From NCBI RefSeq assembly GCF_001194135.2, contig NC_068985.1, positions 56,505,629 to 56,562,737 on the forward strand: a stretch of 57,109 bases of DNA, given 5' to 3'. The notes below the pieces were generated by a model. The model had not been told where the DNA came from and made no database searches. It worked only from the letters and a program-made list of their open reading frames with translations. The translations under genes and the position numbers were made by a program. Shown here in pieces: positions 37,950 through 50,080 of this stretch; the stretch's first letter is position 1, and each line of letters begins with the position of its first letter. The DNA is from Octopus bimaculoides. Its lineage: Eukaryota.

Positions 37950-39200
37950 TAAGTATCACCGCATCGATGAGTATGCTGCATATGTTGGTGTTGTGATTAA
38001 ACCAGAACAGCTAAAGAGTACTTCTGCAGACTCCGGAAAATATGGAACTCAGAGCTATCGGCGTTCAACAAGGCTATATCATACAAAGCTTTGGAATGCC
38101 AGTGCTAGTCCCAAAATTTGGGATATTGGACTGGTCTCTTTACAAGATCTGCAACCTAGACATCAAAACTAGAAAGATACTAACCATAACTGGTAACTTC
38201 CACATCAAGTACGACATCGACAGGACCTGTGTAAACCGAGGAGATAGTGGCAAAGGCATAATGTTAGTCCAAATAACATCTGACTGTCGCATTGTATCAC
38301 CCAGACAACCTCAATTGAACAGCAAAGAAGGAAATGAGTATATTACATGCATACTCAAACGTGAGAACAACAACATCTTCAGAGTTGGAGAAGAACTACT
38401 GGGTAGGTACTTTGAGAATACACCCGCCTGATGCAATCTAAAGGAGGTTGGACTGGCCTACCTAATCAGAAACTTGAAGAAGAAGCACACATCACACCAG
38501 TAAAAAGCCATGCATGGGTACATATCCCGTAATCTAGAGGAAAACAACGGCATTGATAGGAAAGTAGCCTCTTCTGATCCAGTGATAGATACCCTACATC
38601 CCAGTTGAAGTATATGCCTTCGCTATCCAGGAACAAGAGATAGCTACTAAATACTTTATAAACAAGATAAACCAAGATACCACCAAGTCTCCACGTTTTG
38701 ATAAAAAATTGTAGGCTCCGCTCTTCCAATGTGGAAAATATCATTCATCACATCAACAGCTGCCCCAAAATGTCTACGAGATACAATGTACCTCTAAGAC
38801 CTTATATACTTGCAAAAACTATTTACAATGCTATTTCACAGGAAGGATTGCCCTGAGGTATACATCAAAGGCATATCAGAACCAACACGTACTCACACCT
38901 TTAAAAACAAGGAATACTGGTGGAACACTTCATAAAAAAACAGAAATTCGGAGGAAAAATTATAGACTTGATATTGTTCAGTAGGACATGGTACAAAATC
39001 CATGCGCCGTTATAGAGGTCAGAAGCGCAGCGAATGTATATGTACCATCAAGAATCCAGAAAAAGAGAACGTTTATGCGAAAGTTGCAGCTCTTGTACTT
39101 TAATTACACATTTTCAGCTGTACCTACCTTAGTAGGAGCATTTGGCTTATGTACTTGCAAATTTACACAAAACTTAGAAAAACTAGGTTTTTCAAAAAAA
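37950..39200 (+). mobile_element. Degraded RLE (R4-like) LINE, 3' half
   Basis: LDIKTRKILTITGNFHIKYDIDR...RGDSGKGI; zinc-knuckle remnant NCRLRSSNVENIIHHINSCPKM (~38705-38790); ends TLVGAFG...NLEKLGFS, similar to the 37330 copy. Confidence 0.75.
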
Positions 39201-39579
39201 AAAAAAAAAAAAANNNNNNNNNNNNNNNNNNNNNNNNNNNNNNNNNNNNNNNNNNNNNNNNNNNNNNNNNNNNNNNNNNNNNNNNNNNNNNNNNNNNNNN
39301 NNNNNNNNNNNNNNNNNNNNNNNNNNNNNNNNNNNNNNNNNNNNNNNNNNNNNNNNNNNNNNNNNNNNNNNNNNNNNNNNNNNNNNNNNNNNNNNNNNNN
39401 NNNNNNNNNNNNNNNNNNNNNNNNNNNNNNNNNNNNNNNNNNNNNNNNNNNNNNNNNNNNNNNNNNNNNNNNNNNNNNNNNNNNNNNNNNNNNNNNNNNN
39501 NNNNNNNNNNNNNNNNNNNNNNNNNNNNNNNNNNNNNNNNNNNNNNNNNNNNNNNNNNNNNNNNNNNNNNNNNNNNNNN

Positions 39580-39906
39580 CTATAGCCTCGGGCCGACCAA
39601 AGCCTTGTGAGTGGATTTGGTAGACCGAAACAGAAAGACGCCCGTCGTATATATATGTATATATATGTATATGCATGTGCGTGTGTATGTTTGTGTGTCT
39701 GTGTTTGCTCCCCCCCCCCACAACATCACTTGACAACTGATGCTGGTGTGTTTAGGTCCCCGTAACTTAGCGGTTCGGCAAAAGAGACCGATAGAATAAG
39801 TACTAGGCTTACAAAGAATAAGTTCGGGGGTCGATTTGCTTGACTAAAGGCGGTGCTCCAGCATGGCCACAGTCAAATGACTGAAACAAGTAAAAGAGTA
39901 AAAGAG
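39580..39906 (+). mobile_element. OK-like SINE, 5' end in a gap
   Basis: ctatagcctcgggccgaccaaagccttgtgagtggatttggtagac, central repeats and the complete tail. Confidence 0.88.
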
Positions 39907-40461
39907 TATATATTTACACACGCGTTTGTATGTATGTGTGTATGCATGTATGTGTGTGTATTTGTGAGTGTATATGTGCCTTTGTCTGCACGCGCTTTGC
40001 TGTCTATATCTAAGTGATATCTAATGGACAGCTTCATACATGTGGGAGAAATGCAATTGCCTCTAGACATTCGCTTATTCACTCTCGCGGCAAAAAATAA
40101 TTTTAAAAACTGAAGAATTAAACAAGTAAAGTTATATGATATACATTTATTCTTTTACTTCTGTACAAAACCAAGATGATTGTCAATCTGATTTGATTCA
40201 CTTAGCATATTCTCTATTTACATACGCAGACATATTGGTGTCTCAATTTGCAATACGGCGGAACATTTGTTGGTGAAAGTTAAAATCACTCCGACAGACT
40301 CCTCCAGTACGTTAATGTTATTGTATTTATCAACAGTAGTTGAAAGAAAAAGTAGAATTGGTGGATTTTGAATGTAAAGGGACATAACTAAATGCTAGAA
40401 GAAATTTAACCCGCAGCTTTACCATTATTGATGTTCCACCATCTTAACAGGAATATACATT

Positions 40462-40620
40462 TATTTTATTACATTTCACATTCGCTTTCGCTTTCTGAAC
40501 ATTTCTTACTCGCGACTTACTCTTAAATATTTCCTCCCACTTATCAATTTCTCAAAGAAAATCACAAAATATGAGACAATCTACATGAACTTTACTGAAT
40601 AAAGCGAATAGAATACCATC
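40462..40620 (+). repeat. Unnamed dispersed repeat, copy 1 (copy 2 at ~56480-56635)
   Basis: Both copies share ttttatta.atttcaca.tcg...tttctgaacatttcttactc...atctacatgaacttt.ctgaataaa.cgaata and are followed by a microsatellite. Confidence 0.8.
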
Positions 40621-40645
40621 GGTCAATCATATATATATATATATA

Positions 40646-40987
40646 CTTAATCATATCTAAGGGAAATGGAAATTAATACAAATTTTCACTTCCAGTGGCC
40701 TAGCATGTAAAACTTTAGTCCAAAGACTATGTATTACTCATAAAATTCAGTGTATTGGTAAAAGTTTTTATTTTTCATTTCGTTTCTTTCGGGATTTTAT
40801 CCCTAATTTGTGGTTTTGGAACCTAGCTGTTCTTTCTAGCGTGAGGAATCCCATAAGTAGATTCCTCTTATGTGTTTAAATGTACACTGTATTTTATGAG
40901 TAATAGTCTTTGGACTAAATTTTTACACGTTAGGCCACTGGAAGTGAAAATTTCTATTAATTTCCATTTCCCTTAGATATGATTAAG
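40646..40987. mobile_element. Foldback/MITE-like element with ~108-bp inverted arms and TA flanks
   Basis: 40646-40754 is the reverse complement of 40883-40987 with few mismatches. TA is present at 40644-45 and 40988-89. Confidence 0.8.
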
Positions 40988-41228
40988 TATTGTAAGTTTT
41001 GGAATAATTTTCGAATTTTTAAAAGTTGGCATTTCCTTATTGCCGACGAGGAGCTGCGCCTGCGCAGTAGATTTGAAAAAGTTAGGATGTATAAACAAGT
41101 GGCATATAATTGATTGCCTCATGTTTTATATATTTAATCTGAGGTGTACCTTTTGAGGACGATTTCACCTAGCAAATTATTTTATTTACTTAACTAAAAT
41201 CAGAAACCAATTGGTCCATGAAACTAGA

Positions 41229-41366
41229 TGGTAAAAAGTTTTCATTTTTCATTTCGTTCCTTTCGGGATTTTATCCCTAATTTGTGGTTTTGGAACCTAG
41301 CTGTTCTTTCTAGCATGAGGAATCCCATAAGTGGATTCCTCTTATGCGTTTAAATGTACACTGTAT
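41229..41366 (+). repeat. Direct repeat of 40756-40892
   Basis: Near-identical ~137-bp copy at an offset of 473 bp. Confidence 0.95.
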
Positions 41367-43049
41367 GTTATATATATATATTTAATCTTCAGCTTTCCAC
41401 CATCTTAATAGCAATATATAGGACGCGTCAAAGGTCTCTCTCTCATTATCTGTTCTTGACAAGTTTTGATCAGCAAATGAAGGGTGTGTTCCGTTCCAAA
41501 ATCTGATGATAACTGAAAATCAATGATAAAAAAATTAGCTAGATAAAGTCGCCATCACCATCTGCTTATTTTTACTAGCACCATTAAAATGCCCATGTAA
41601 AATAGTAAAGGTTTTTTCTAAAATTTAATAGAACAAAGCAATTCGATGTTTTCGCGTGAAAAAGTCCAGTATGACACATGGTGAAATGGTTAAGGAATTC
41701 ACTTCACATTTACAAGGTTCTGGATTCAAAACAACTATACAGCAGGTCGATTGCATAGTAGAGTAAATGATATATTTGCTTCCTCAGTTACAGGTTTTGA
41801 GATTTAGTTCAAGGCGCAAGATATTGGGCGTATGGTGGAGAGATTAATAATATACATTCTCAATACAAAGAATATGGATTCGGTTTCACAGTACAACACT
41901 TTCGGAAAGGGACTTTGTCATGGATTTAGGTCAGTTAATGTGGTGCAAGTGAAACTGGAGAGACAAAATATGTACACACACATACACATACACACACAAA
42001 CACACATACATAACATTGGATCTTCTAACGTGTAATCTTCATGTAATCTTCATGTAATCAAGGCATCCTTGGCCTGAAGAGTAGCTTGCGGTCTAACCCT
42101 CGTTTGGATAATTACTATTTCCGAAGTTCCGCTAACAATGAAACATATGTAGCCGGGACTTTATCTACTCCATTGCCTAAGTTTATATNNNNNNNNNNNN
42201 NNNNNNNNNNNNNNNNNNNNNNNNNNNNNNNNNNNNNNNNNNNNNNNNNNNNNNNNNNNNNNNNNNNNNNNNNNNNNNNNNNNNNNNNNNNNNNNNNNNN
42301 NNNNNNNNNNNNNNNNNNNNNNNNNNNNNNNNNNNNNNNNNNNNNNNNNNNNNNNNNNNNNNNNNNNNNNNNNNNNNNNNNNNNNNNNNNNNNNNNNNNN
42401 NNNNNNNNNNNNNNNNNNNNNNNNNNNNNNNNNNNNNNNNNNNNNNNNNNNNNNNNNNNNNNNNNNNNNNNNNNNNNNNNNNNNNNNNNNNNNNNNNNNN
42501 NNNNNNNNNNNNNNNNNNNNNNNNNNNNNNNNNNNNNNNNNNCTAATTTTATCGTTATAAATGAATATGCTTTTAGTAAATCAGATGAAACATATGCAGG
42601 ATATTTTATTTATTCATTAATGTCTATATTTTATACATGTTATAGATACAAAAATAAATAAATAATTAATATGCCTTTTTTCCATTGTTAACTTTGTTTT
42701 ATATTCTTTGGATCTAAGTATATCATACATTAATGCAAATCTAATTGTTGGAAATACTATATGTTCTTCGGTTCTCTTTTGAGGCATACATTATATCTAT
42801 CTGGACTTATCTCCCAACTTTGATATATATATAGCAATATAAGAATATACAAGGTGTAAAGATACTGAAGATTCAGTATACACCACGTGGCAAGATTATG
42901 AGTTGAAAATATGTGTAAAAAATTATAAAAGTGGAAGAGAAATGCCTTCATTTCATATAGTTTAATATCTTTTTATAAATATATGCATATTTTATAGTTG
43001 TTTTGAAATCCAACCGGTTTTCGCTATTTAAATTAGCTTTTAAAGGGAC

Positions 43050-43365
43050 ATTGTACAGTAATCATTTCTCGTGACAGAGGGGTTTCGTCATTTTGGATGT
43101 TTGAAGAATAAGAAGAATGAGTTTAGAGAGTGAACAAAGGGGAGCAGCAGGTGGCAAGGGGGACAACTGGCTTCTTAGTAGAATTTTTTTTAATGGTTTA
43201 CTAACTCTTCCATAAACAATTCCATAAAGGATACACTGCAAAAATCACCCACGCCAAGGGGTCATTCGTTGTGTTACTTGTCCTGTTTCTTTCGTTGTTT
43301 GCGTATTGAACTCATTTGCTTTCGTATTTCATGTTGTTTACTGTTTGGTGACGTTCTGTACCCAT
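43050..43365. mobile_element. Unclassified interspersed element, short (internally deleted) copy
   Basis: 43050-43200 matches 46470-46620 and 43255-43365 matches 46995-47115. Confidence 0.75.
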
Positions 43366-43419
43366 ATGTGCGTGTGTGTATATATATATATACACACACA
43401 CCCATATATGCATATTAGG

Positions 43420-43602
43420 ATCCAAAATGAGCAGAACTTACTTGCAGGTATTGGTAGTGCAATTCAGAGGTGCAATCTGTGTGGGTGTTTTTTCAAAACA
43501 CTGTCTGGTTTAAAAAGCCACATCAGACGCCATGAAAGGGCTAAGGTGTAGGTGCAGGAGGTGGTCAAACTCTGTTTAAGGAGTAGACAACCACCATACA
43601 TA
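43420..43602 (+). mobile_element. RTE-like LINE extreme 3' end with a C2H2 finger
   Basis: QRCNLCGCFFKTLSGLKSHIRRHERAKV*, then a short UTR ending agacaaccaccata. Homologous to 45975-46150 on the minus strand. Confidence 0.75.
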
Positions 43603-44195
43603 TTATNNNNNNNNNNNNNNNNNNNNNNNNNNNNNNNNNNNNNNNNNNNNNNNNNNNNNNNNNNNNNNNNNNNNNNNNNNNNNNNNNNNNNNNNNNNNNN
43701 NNNNNNNNNNNNNNNNNNNNNNNNNNNNNNNNNNNNNNNNNNNNNNNNNNNNNNNNNNNNNNNNNNNNNNNNNNNNNNNNNNNNNNNNNNNNNNNNNNNN
43801 NNNNNNNNNNNNNNNNNNNNNNNNNNNNNNNNNNNNNNNNNNNNNNNNNNNNNNNNNNNNNNNNNNNNNNNNNNNNNNNNNNNNNNNNNNNNNNNNNNNN
43901 NNNNNNNNNNNNNNNNNNNNNNNNNNNNNNNNNNNNNNNNNNNNNNNNNNNNNNNNNNNNNNNNNNNNNNNNNNNNNNNNNNNNNNNNNNNNNNNNNNNN
44001 NNNNNNNNNNNNNNNNNNNNNNNNNNNNNNNNNNNNNNNNNNNNNNNNNNNNNNNNNNNNNNNNNNNNNNNNNNNNNNNNNNNNNNNNNNNNNNNNNNNN
44101 NNNNNNNNNNNNNNNNNNNNNNNNNNNNNNNNNNNNNNNNNNNNNNNNNNNNNNNNNNNNNNNNNNNNNNNNNNNNNNNNNNNNNNNNNNNNNNN

Positions 44196-44238
<43 letters not shown>

Positions 44239-44306
44239 ATACATATGTATGTATGTATGTATGTATGTATGTGTATGCGTATAAGCACATATACATAAAT
44301 TTATGT

Positions 44307-44344
<38 letters not shown>

Positions 44345-45669
44345 TATACATCTGTGTGTGTGTCTAAATATAAATATATATGTGCGTGTGTGTGTATGAA
44401 TGTATGTACGTGTGTATGTGTGCATGCAGGTATTTGTTATGGATATTTGACTGAAATACGCTGCCTGAATGTAGTCAAGCATCCATGTAGGCAAGAAATT
44501 TTAATAACCCGATTTATTAACATAGTAATGTAATGAAACGTAAAGCTCGTTGGGAAGAGACCCGAGTTACTCTTTTGTGATGGATTTTCAAGAATTAAAT
44601 ACATTGAGCACGGCGTTCTGTTTCCTTTAATAACTCTGCCTCCATTCATTTTCGATGTTCACTCATTGTTTGATGTTAATTATGTTTTGATAACAACGAA
44701 ATATCGATTTCTACACCAGTTATTGTGTTATTTCGATATATAAAACTGCCAGAGAAACTACCGTTATCTCACACATCACTACTTCCCCTCCCGCTCTATC
44801 TCTCACACTCTCTCTCACTCTCTCTCTCACACTCTCTCTCACTCTCACTCTCTCCATCTCTCTTTCCCTCTCTCCCTCCCCACCTTCCTACTATTCATGT
44901 AAAGTCATATAGTGTCTTTTTTATGAAATTCTCTCTTATTGTTTGAAAACCCATTTTCCCAATGATGTTGGAAATGTGCTCAAGGTGGCGCGATGGTTAT
45001 TTTATAGAACAGTTACTAAATGAAATTGGAATTCGTGCTATATTTTCAATATTTTCCCTCAAGTAAATGTTTGCTATCTCTTTGAAAGTAGTACTATTTT
45101 TTCTTCTCTCCAACATGGTTAAACATCTCTATCATAACGAGTTATAGCCGTTTTATCTACTGGGAAATTTTGATCGAGTCTCGGTTCCGTTTCAACGAAT
45201 GACTATTCTAGTTAGTCGATTCACAGATTAAGGTGGTCGTTGTATTGAAGTGTAAGTAATTGTTAATTTCACCGGTATTTGTTGCTCTATGTCGAATATC
45301 GTATCCTCAGTAGAATTTCTGCAACACTGTATCTGACAAGGCTGACTCCTCGAATTACAGAAACAGTAGTACAATTCCGTGTGTGTGTGTGTGAGTGTGT
45401 GTGTACTACACCCCCTTATATATATAATACAGAAAGATAGAAAACGATGAACCACCGGTGAAGACCTCATTATCACTGACATATACTTCATATATTATAC
45501 AAACATAGAACAATCACATACAGTCCTTGGAAGTTCCCGAGAAGCCACGGGTATGAAGTTATCCGATTTCCAGTCAGATAAATTCACGCTGCGAGTGTTG
45601 TATATGAGTATTCGATGTTTGTACGTACATATATGAATGTGTGTGTGTCTATACATACAGACATACATA

Positions 45670-45840
45670 TATACGATGGGAATCTTTTGAGTTTCCGTCA
45701 ACCAAACTCATTCACAAAGCTTTGGTCACCCCGAGATTATAGTAGAAGACACTTGCCCAAGGTGCCACGCTGTAGGACTGAACCCGGTACCATGTGGTTG
45801 GTTAGCAAGCAACTTACCACACAGCCACACCTGCGCCTAT
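45670..45840 (-). mobile_element. OK-like SINE head
   Basis: The reverse complement reads ggcgcaggtgtggctgtgtggtaag...ggttcagtcctacagcgtggcaccttgggcaagtgtc. Confidence 0.85.
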
Positions 45841-45974
45841 ATATATATATATATATATATNNNNNNNNNNNNNNNNNNNNNNNNNNNNNNNNNNNNNNNN
45901 NNNNNNNNNNNNNNNNNNNNNNNATATATATGTATATATACATATATATATACATATATATATATATATGTATA

Positions 45975-46465
45975 TATATGGTGGTTGTCTACTCCTTACA
46001 CAAGGTTTGACCATCTCCTGTACGTACACCTTAGCCCCTTTATGGCGTCTGATATGGCTTTTTAAACCAGACAATGTTCTAAAAAAACACGCACACAGAT
46101 TGCACCTCTGATTACCTGTAGGTAAGTTCTGCTCATTGTGGATCTTAACATGTCTTTTAAGACCCCCATTGGATTTGCAAGCCTTCTGGCATACACCACA
46201 TTCAAACGTGTGCACAGACATAGTCAGAATAGTTGGTTGAAGTTTGTTTTCCATGGGTTCGCAGGTGAGATTTGAGGCTAGCCAAAGACAGGCATCATCT
46301 GTCGCAGACTGCACACAAAAAGGTCCTTGTCATTCACCTTCCCGATCTTTACATTCTTCCTTAAATATCTTTTGAGTCTTGCTTGCGTTATCCTGGCCTC
46401 TTCAAACACTTTCATTCCATTACAGACTTTTATTCGGCATCCAACTCAATCTGAATTAGCTTTTC
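45975..46465 (-). mobile_element. RTE-like LINE 3' end with two C2H2 fingers
   Basis: VCNGMKVFEEAR...KRYLRK (RTE-type C-terminus), then FECGVCQKACKSNGGLKRHVKIH and RCNLCACFFRTLSGLKSHIRRH. TA-rich tail. Confidence 0.78.
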
Positions 46466-46469
46466 AAGG

Positions 46470-47115
46470 AACATTGTACAGTATTCAGTGCTCGTGACAG
46501 AGGTGTTTCGTCATTTTGGATGTTTGAAGAATAAGAAGAATGAGTTTAGAGAGTGAACCAAGGGAAGCAACAGGTTCCAAGGAGGACAACTGGTTCCTTA
46601 GTGGGATTTTTTTAAATGGTCAAAGTTGTATATTGGTGTGTTTTTATTTGGGGTGCGTGAGCAAGAAGACTATACGTGACCATCGTCCATATTTCACTTC
46701 CTCACGTGATCATCTTTCTTTTCTTTCACGACTGCCGTATGGACAGCACGTATCCTATCTCCCTCTTATACCATTTCTCAAAGAAAATATTTTTCCAGCC
46801 TTCGCTATTTTTACCCTCCATGTTTGTTTTCGTTCGGTTTCCATGCTTGTCTCCACTGTTCTGATTTTGTTCCCAACTTTGACCCTCCATAAGTCCCGAA
46901 TTTTATTTTGGCACGCATGGGAGCAACTGTCTTGGAAGACTCATATTATCGTTCAATGCTTGAAATGAGGAGTAGATAGACAGCCAACAACTGACGAAGG
47001 ATCATTCTTTGTGTTGCTTGTCCTGTTTTCCATTTGTTTCTCTCGTTGTTTGCGTTTTGAACTCATTTGCTTTCGTATTTCATGTTGCTTACTATTTGGT
47101 GACGTCCTGTACCAT
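46470..47115. mobile_element. Unclassified interspersed element, longer copy
   Basis: Shares both ends with 43050-43365 and carries about 370 bp of extra internal sequence. Confidence 0.75.
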
Positions 47116-48014
47116 ATAAGAATGCGTGTGTTTGTGGGTGTATATATATATATATATATATATATNNNNNNNNNNNNNNNNNNNNNNNNNNNNNNNNNNN
47201 NNNNNNNNNNNNNNNNNNNNNNNNNNNNNNNNNNNNNNNNNNNNNNNNNNNNNNNNNNNNNNNNNNNNNNNNNNNNNNNNNNNNNNNNNNNNNNNNNNNN
47301 NNNNNNNNNNNNNNNNNNNNNNNNNNNNNNNNNNNNNNNNNNNNNNNNNNNNNNNNNNNNNNNNNNNNNNNNNNNNNNNNNNNNNNNNNNNNNNNNNNNN
47401 NNNNNNNNNNNNNNNNNNNNNNNNNNNNNNNNNNNNNNNNNNNNNNNNNNNNNNNNNNNNNNNNNNNNNNNNNNNNNNNNNNNNNNNNNNNNNNNNNNNN
47501 NNNNNNNNNNNNNNNNNNNNNNNNNNNNNNNNNNNNNNNNNNNNNNNNNNNNNNNNNNNNNNNNNNNNNNNNNNNNNNNNNNNNNNNNNNNNNNNNNNNN
47601 NNNNNNNNNNNNNNNNNNNNNNNNNNNNNNNNNNNNNNNNNNNNNNNNNNNNNNNNNNNNNNNNNNNNNNNNNNNNNNNNNNNNNNNNNNNNNNNNNNNN
47701 NNNNNNNNNNNNNNNNNNNNNNNNNNNNNNNNNNNNNNNNNNNNNNNNNNNNNNNNNNNNNNNNNNNNNNNNNNNNNNNNNNNNNNNNNNNNNNNNNNNN
47801 NNNNNNNNNNNNNNNNNNNNNNNNNNNNNNNNNNNNNNNNNNNNNNNNNNNNNNNNNNNNNNNNNNNNNNNNNNNNNNNNNNNNNNNNNNNNNNNNNNNN
47901 NNNNNNNNNNNNNNNNNNNNNNNNATATATATATATATATATATACATACACACACACACACGCGCACACGCATATATAAGAAGGTGTGTCTATTTGTTT
48001 ATATCTGCACATAC

Positions 48015-48320
48015 CGTCAATAGCGTATGGTCTTTGTAATATAATACCATCCATAGTTGAAAAGTTATTAGAAAAGCTGTGTTTCTTGCTAACGTTCCTG
48101 TTATTGGACATATACGTTTGCTGAATCGATATAGTATCAAATTAAACAGTTGTCCACGTAGCTCTGCATAAAGCTTCAAATCAACACTGCATGTTTGTTT
48201 TTCAGTGACGTTTTCCAAGCAATACTCGACATCATGTAAAATAGCGTCGTATAATTGCTGTTCGTTGCTAGAAATAATATCGCGCTCATCATACACGCTA
48301 TCGAGAAGCATTTCTTTCAT
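48015..48320 (-). CDS. Candidate coding exon of an unidentified host gene (102 aa from ATG; frame open from 48416)
   Basis: Non-repetitive, protein-like 134-codon open frame (48416-48015) ending at a phase-0 GTATGT donor (48014-48009). It has a hydrophobic stretch near the end. No TE motif or homologue recognised. Confidence 0.45.
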
Positions 48321-48949
48321 GTCTTTCTTTTCTCCCTCTTTCCCTTGATCGTCTTCACCTTCCTTTACCTCTGTTGTGCTGCTTATCTCGTCTCCTATGT
48401 ATTTTGCTGCTTCCTTTTAATCTTCATCCTTATTTCCCCTACATCTTACTCCTATCAATATTTATCATACTTGTCTTCTCTTTCTCTGTTCCTCGCTTTT
48501 ATCTTCTAACTTAACCCAATATCTTTATCGTTTCTGCATCTATTACATCTCTACTTACATCTCTCATCTTTCACACCTTTCCACTCAAAATATTTTGATG
48601 AACAAGCGCGGTGGATTGGAAGAATCGTTAGGTTGTCGGACTAAATATGTTGTATTTGTTCCGGTTCAATTAGGCTCCGAGTTCAAATTCTGCCTAAATC
48701 AGCTTTGACTTTTTGTACTTCTGAGTCCATCAAAATAAAGTAACAGTGAAGTATAGTATTAGATTTAATTGGTTAACCATCCCCTCTTCTCAGTTTCGTA
48801 CCGTTGGCCTAAAATATTTAAGCATCTTCATCAATCTGTGATCATTGTCCTTGGAAGAACCGTTCTAACCACTTAAATGCTTAAAATCATTTCAAGTCTT
48901 GTCGGTTTCAGATCGAGTTACTTGCTAGTCGATTAGAACTCCGATACAC

Positions 48950-49013
<64 letters not shown>

Positions 49014-49364
49014 NNNNNNNNNNNNNNNNNNNNNNNNNNNNNNNNNNNNNNNNNNNNNNNNNNNNNNNNNNNNNNNNNNNNNNNNNNNNNNNNNNNNNNN
49101 NNNNNNNNNNNNNNNNNNNNNNNNNNNNNNNNNNNNNNNNNNNNNNNNNNNNNNNNNNNNNNNNNNNNNNNNNNNNNNNNNNNNNNNNNNNNNNNNNNNN
49201 NNNNNNNNNNNNNNNNNNNNNNNNNNNNNNNNNNNNNNNNNNNNNNNNNNNNNNNNNNNNNNNNNNNNNNNNNNNNNNNNNNNNNNNNNNNNNNNNNNNN
49301 NNNNNNNNNNNNNNNNNNNNNNNNNNNNNNNNNNNNNNNNNNNNNNNNNNNNNNNNNNNNNNNN

Positions 49365-49414
<50 letters not shown>

Positions 49415-50080
49415 TTGTTCTTACTAGCCCTATGACCCTCCCCTCAGCCTCGTCTCCTCTCCTGTTGCAGTTGCTTCTGCCCTTGAACCCGATTTGGTAC
49501 AGTTCCTGTATTTCTTTGTTTGTCCGACCACGTTGCTGCCATCGTGGTAGTTGTTGCCATTGTTGTTACTGCTGTTGCTGTTGTCTTTGCTGGTCGTGTT
49601 ATTGATAGTGTTGCGGCCGTCTGTGAATTTACTGTATGTGTGTTTGTGTTTGTATATGGGTTTGCTTCCTATTTTGTTTGTGTCAATGCCCTTTATATAG
49701 ATTAAAAAAAAAATATTTCATTACATTTATCATAGATGTGTGCATATTTGTCTATTGCGTGTGTACTACACTGTTGGTAGCTGTATTTTTTACTACCTTC
49801 TGTTTTTAGTCGTCATGTTGTGTGGTGTGGTGGCGTGTGTTATTATTCCATTCGAGGATCGGTCTGTCCATTGCTATGTGAGTAGCCTCTGTGACCTGTC
49901 TAAGTGTCGTGTCAGGAGAGCCTCATAGTGCTATTAAGAACAATGACACACACAAACACCCACACTGTCATGTACACATACACACAGAGTCATGTACACA
50001 CACACACACACACAGAAACACAGACGCAAACGCATGCGCATATACAGATACGTATCATAGAAGAAAAAAATGGAACAATC

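Noticed and set aside
44450-45400. Faint RT-like (EHGVLFP) and Cys-containing PLE-like fragments
   Set aside because: Too degraded to distinguish from chance by eye.
46960-47030. GAAA...CTGACGA as a type II hammerhead
   Set aside because: No convincing stems I or III.
49400-49930. Thr/Ala/Gln-rich minus-strand frame (TTATAVTTMATTTTMAATWSDK...)
   Set aside because: Low complexity, terminated by a stop and bordered by a gap. It may be the 5' region of a LINE but cannot be classified.
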